A DNA stretch of 64,000 bases, from positions 3,720,001 through 3,784,000 of the forward strand of contig OZ374557.1 of NCBI GenBank assembly GCA_977862235.1, in the 5' to 3' direction. Under the pieces are notes generated by a model. The model did no database searches and was not told the DNA's origin. It saw only the letters and a list, made by a program, of their open reading frames with translations. The position numbers were made by a program, and so were the translations under genes. Positions 59,501 to 64,000 of the stretch are shown piece by piece. The stretch is from Dudresnaya verticillata (taxonomy: Eukaryota). Positions within the stretch are counted from its first letter, which is position 1. Each line of letters opens with the position of its first letter.

Positions 59501-61902
59501 ATGGACATCATGTCCCTGGACTCTAAACCAGTCTTACACATTGTAGATGAGGCAACAAAGTTTGGAACAGCCAGATTTCTCCCAGATGTATCCACACTGA
59601 CAATCTGGAGGAGCTTGATGGCTTGCTGGGCCTCGATATACACGGCCCTGCGAAACAGAATTCTCACGGACTAAGGATCCCAATTTAGGGAAAACTTCAT
59701 CCACATCGCTTCTCTTCACAATGTAGAAGTTAACCGGACCGGTGTGGAAGCGCATTCAAGCCTTGGGATTTGTGAGAGGTATCACGAGCCCCTCCGGACC
59801 ACGTTCCGCAAGCTCAAGATAGATTTACCGAATGCTGAAAAGCATGACTTGCTAGCCTGTGCCTTCAAAGCGATGAACGACACTCTCGGCCCTGAAGGAC
59901 TTGTACCTTCCGCACTCGTCTTCTGGGAATCCCTGCAGGTTGCAACCTTATCACAACCAGGAGCTTCCAGGCCCACAGTAGCCAAACCAGCCTCCATGAT
60001 TGACAAAGCTCGCAAAGAGATGAAGACGCAAATGGCCGCCCTGAAGATGAAGAGAGCTCTTCACCACGCAACCCCACCTGCTTGTGACCGTAGTTATGAA
60101 CCGGGCGACCCAGTTCTAGTCTTCCATGAAAAGTCAATTGCGAACCGTATCGGAGAGTGGCTTGGACCGTATGAAGTAGAATCCGTGAACTACCAGACGA
60201 AACTGGTGTACATTCGCGATAAGCCTGATGGATCAGCTATACCCTTCAACGTCACACAGTTGAAACCTTACTTCACCCCAGAACTTTTGGCTGAAACATT
60301 CATGATGGCCTTGGGCCAAAGCTTGCACCACTTCAAGTCTCCATCCGAGGACAACGACAGTGTATTCACGACAGAAGTATTGGACCCGAACGATGAGCGT
60401 ACAACAGGCTACAAAATGTCCGACGCTAAGAAGGAAGAGCTTCGTAACCTCATGTAAAGAGGCACCTTCAGGGTTATCCTCAAGGAGGACATTCCCCCAG
60501 ATGCGAATGTTTTGCCAGGCCGCTTCGTGCTTGCAATCAAGTCCACACTTGATGTTCAAGTTAAATACAAGGCTCGATACGTCATTGGTGGTCATCCAGA
60601 CAAAATGAAAGACCTCATAGTACACTCCACAACGACTCTCCAGCCACAGTCTGTACGCCTCCTACTGGCACTTGCAGGAATCTTCGGGTTTGATATCTGG
60701 ACCGCTGATGTATAACAAGCGTATCTCCAAGCCTCGGAACCGTTATCACGGGAGATATACATCCGCAATCCCGTTCCAGAGTTCGAACTCGAACCTCACC
60801 AGTGCCTCAAACTGTTGAAGCCCTTGTACGGATTGTGTGACGCCGGTGACCTCTGGCACATAACTCTGGACAAGCATCACCGTCTTGAACTTGGAATGAA
60901 GCCACTCCAAATAGACCCCGCCTTGTACTACCTTTTGCGTAAAAGTGTACTGCAAACCTGAGTGGTTGCTACGTAGACGACCTGATGCGTTGTCGACACG
61001 AAGAATTCAAGCAACTCTCGAAGCAGACCAAGAAGCGATTTGAGATGACGGATGGGTCCAAGCTACTGTCTAAATTCACAGGGTTCGTCATCGACCGTAA
61101 CAAGAACGGCGAAATGTTCATAGACCAGAACGAATACCTTCGAAAGCTTGAGTGCCTTTCCTCTGAATCCAACTTCCGAGCATTCCGATCCATGCGAATG
61201 AAGTCAGCATGGTTGTCCATCTCACGTCCCGATTGTCTTTTCGAGATATCACAACTCGCCCAGGTTACGGAGGAATAATTCAAGAAAGACAAGCCCGTAC
61301 TGGTGCGTAGACTTAATTAGGCTGTGCAGTATGCCATTCAGCACCGAGTCAGGCAGAGAGTACCCAAGCTTGACATCAGCACGGTTAAGGTAGTTGGGTT
61401 CTCCAACTCGTCGTTTGCGAACAACAAGGATTTCTCCTCGCAACTCGGGCACATATTGTTCCTTACGGATGCTAGCGGATCTTCAGTACCCATCACCTTC
61501 AAGTCGTGCAAGTCCCGCAGAGTCACGCGCTCAGCAATGTCCGGTGAGGTAATTGCCTCATCAGACATTTTCGACATTGCGATTTCCCTCTCTCAGGAGC
61601 TAGGAGTTCTTCTGAGTAAGCGCATCCCTTTCCAGCTTCTAACCGATAGCAAGAGCCTCTTCGATGTCATCTTCAAGGGCTCCAGAACATCTGAGAAACG
61701 GATGATGTTGGACATTGCAGCTGCAAGGGAGGGATTCCGCGACAAGGTAATATATGACATCGGCTTTGTGCGTAGTAGTGAAAACGTTGCTGATGGACTA
61801 ACGCAGATGATGAGCCAAACCAAGCTTCGAGAAGTTGTGGTCTCCGGTTCACTCTTTATCAAGCCGGAGCAATGGATTGTGCGCAGGAATGAACAATGTT
61901 GA
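56583..61902 (+). pseudogene. pol: Ty1/copia gag-pol (gag-PR-INT-RT-RNaseH order), decayed
   Basis: CYRC..HRC knuckle; VDIGAP (PR); HRQFYH, DIMSLD, TD*GSQF and GICERYH (INT); KARYV, ADV*QAYLQ, KPLYGL and YVDDL (RT); TDSKSLFD and ENVADGLT (RH). INT precedes RT. Confidence 0.92.
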
Positions 61903-61914
61903 AGTTCTTTTGGG

Positions 61915-63155
61915 CTACGTATTCTTGTACTGAAGTAGCTCCAGCACTTCTACTACAAACAGCTTGTCGCATCTTGGCCCACCACACATCCGCAAACGTT
62001 CGGCAGTCAGTCCAATAGGATACTCCTCTGCGGAGTCGAGGATCACGCCCTGGTTCGCATCAACCACGACGCAATGGTCCACGAGATGACCCTTCTCTTG
62101 CATCAAACGGACGAGCCAAACACCGCTCGTGAGGTCGGCCAATAGTTGGAAAGCATGAACATCCTTTCCCAGTTGCACTTGCCTTCTGAAAGCTTTAGAA
62201 GCCCTCAAGCAGAGCTTCAAGCCCATTTGCAGAAGTACCTGGCCCACTTGACCCAGCTTCTGCATGTGCTTCACTTCTGCTCTCCACACCTCACATGCCC
62301 GCTTAGCTCCTGCGTCACGACAAATGATGCTAATGGAATTGATAGTCGCTGCTGGAACGCAGTCGAACTCGGAACTGCACGCCAAGAGACCCTTGCGGGC
62401 GTTGAGAAGGTACGGAGCCAGGTCACCGTTGGCTTCTCGAGCACCCGGTCCACCCATCATCATGGCAACCACGGGATGGCGCTTGTAAAACTTGAGTACC
62501 GACTCAAGTACTATGTGACCACTCCCTGGAGTACACTGCAGGCGGGTAATAGGAGGAGCGGAAACAACACACGAGCTTGGAATTGGAACTTCTTGTGGCG
62601 CCACTTCTTTTGTCAAGTACGAAATGTTTCGGCCGGTACACCACCCAAAGTCGACGGAGAATGGATCCACTTCATGGTATGAGTCTAACCCACCCTTCCG
62701 GTTAGCCTACCGTACCACCTCCCGCTCCACAGTGTCTTGCCATCCGCGCTGTACCCGGTACCAAGCAGAAGTGCGTCAATCTGCCAAGGTTCTTCGTCTT
62801 TCCCATTTTGGACTTCTTCCCCAGCGCTGGGATCTTCTGACGTCTCCTTGATTTGACTCACTTGATGTTTACACGCCTTGGCCGCCGTCTTGCGCACTCC
62901 TGCAATTCTGGGAACCTTCTTCGCACGTCGGCGCCCGCCCTTCGTCTTCATGGTAACTCGGCGTACGCCAAGAGAATTGGTGCTCGGGATAGTGGTTAGT
63001 AGCGCGGGATGGGAGAGACCCCGAGGATAGGAGTGAACAACGTCCCCGGCTAGGCAAGCTGAGCTGCCGCTTGTCACTCGGGACAGAGGAGCACAGGTGG
63101 GCAGCGAAGGAGCGCAGGCGGGCATTGTTGACGACTTGCACAGAGACGGGCCCAT
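61915..63155 (-). pseudogene. Antisense gene with a putative papain-like cysteine protease domain (one frameshift near 62700; start 63155 or 62951)
   Basis: EFDCVPAATINSI ... DHCVVVDANQGVILDSAEEYP gives Cys-His-Asp order; basic MKTKGGRRRAKK segment; TATATAAA upstream; stop lies 12 bp from the copia pol stop. Confidence 0.55.
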
Positions 63156-63231
63156 CTCTGTGAAGCGTATGGTGGCGGGCAAGTGTGTGCAGGGAAGGGG
63201 TGAGTAGGAGCTGGGAGGGCAGGGGGTCTGG

Positions 63232-63239
63232 TTTATATA
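63232..63239 (-). promoter_or_regulatory. TATA box (TATATAAA) of the antisense protease-like gene
   Basis: Plus strand tttatata in otherwise GC-rich sequence. Confidence 0.5.
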
Positions 63240-63761
63240 GCCCCGCCGGCCCCGCTCATACTCCGCAATTTGTCCGACCACGCTTCATCACACTGCCCGG
63301 CAAACCACCGACGATTGCATTGCCGCCAAATAAGATTCTGGAGTTTTGCTTACTTTTTCGGCCTTTATAGCGTAACGGAAGGATTTCGGCCACTCTCGCC
63401 GACGCCACAGTTACGACTGGGGGGAGTGTCGCGATAGGCCCGCATGGAGTCGTAACGGTCCACTGTAAGGCATCTTACAGTGCCCCTGGCGCCGTCGACG
63501 GACGGTTGCCGTTCGCGTCGTCCGCGCCGCTCGCAATTCCCGCCGCGGCGCGCGGCTACTTCAAGGCGCCCGACCGAACCGCAGCGGACCGCCCCTCCTC
63601 CAGAACCCAGAACCGAAGAAGAGAAGTATAGTAGCGTTGACATCCAGTCCGCTACTTCCGCCGCGGTGGACTGCTGCGGCCCTTCTCATACCTTCGGTAA
63701 ACCTCCACCCAGCCCTCTACGTGCTCTCGCTTCCGCCCCGCTCGCGCCCGCTACGCCTCCC

Positions 63762-64000
63762 TGTAGTGCCAGGGGGGGTCCCCCATTTTCGCTTTCAAGC
63801 GGGTTGATATGCAGCGTCTACCGACGGACGACCGCCAACGGCGCGCTCAACCCGCCCGCCGCGCAAACACGTCACCGACGCATGCCGCTGGCCACTCGGG
63901 CCAGAACGGCTCGCTTGGCGCGCAGACCGCACGCTTGAACCCGGGGCACTGTACGGCGCCACGCGTACGCGCGTGGCGCAGTGGGAGGAACGGTCGCTGT
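63762..64000 (+). repeat. Start of an LTR related to LTR C (runs off the window)
   Basis: tgtagtgccagggg..ttttcgct..gcggg..accgacgga..accgcc..aacacgtca.cgacg..cccggggcactgta parallels 47008-47217. Confidence 0.6.

Noticed and set aside
62700..62800. Chromodomain in the protease-like gene (EPWQIDALL...KTLWSGRWYG)
   Set aside because: Spacing and the TWEP-type motif do not fit, and the region is frameshifted.

Overview
Eukaryotic, transposon-dense window. The host is plausibly a red macroalga, but that is an inference from composition, an intronless C2H2 gene and the element types. Positions 1-16005 are about 4.4 apparently identical tandem copies of a 3622-bp unit carrying a TATA-driven 115-aa Gly/Ala-rich membrane-type gene. 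The array ends at a tRNA-derived SINE and a diverged copy of part of the unit. A four-finger C2H2 zinc-finger gene (18140-19726, -) and a decayed pogo-type DDE transposase follow. From 21080 onward the window is a nest of LTR retrotransposons: chromodomain Ty3/gypsy family A (21080-46411, -, chimeric), a full-length family B element with TSDs (21796-35138, -), an inverted family B solo LTR, a decayed gypsy C (+), and Ty1/copia family D pieces. Most notable: (i) the unrelated A and B elements each carry a homologous, unknown ~800-aa antisense accessory ORF downstream of pol; (ii) family A is saturated, even inside coding regions, with the palindromic motif CCGTWACGG (at least 23 exact copies in 10.6 kb, none seen in B), a candidate sequence-specific anti-silencing or self-recognition system; (iii) the copia pol is followed tail-to-tail by an antisense TATA-driven gene with a Cys-His-Asp papain-like protease signature.
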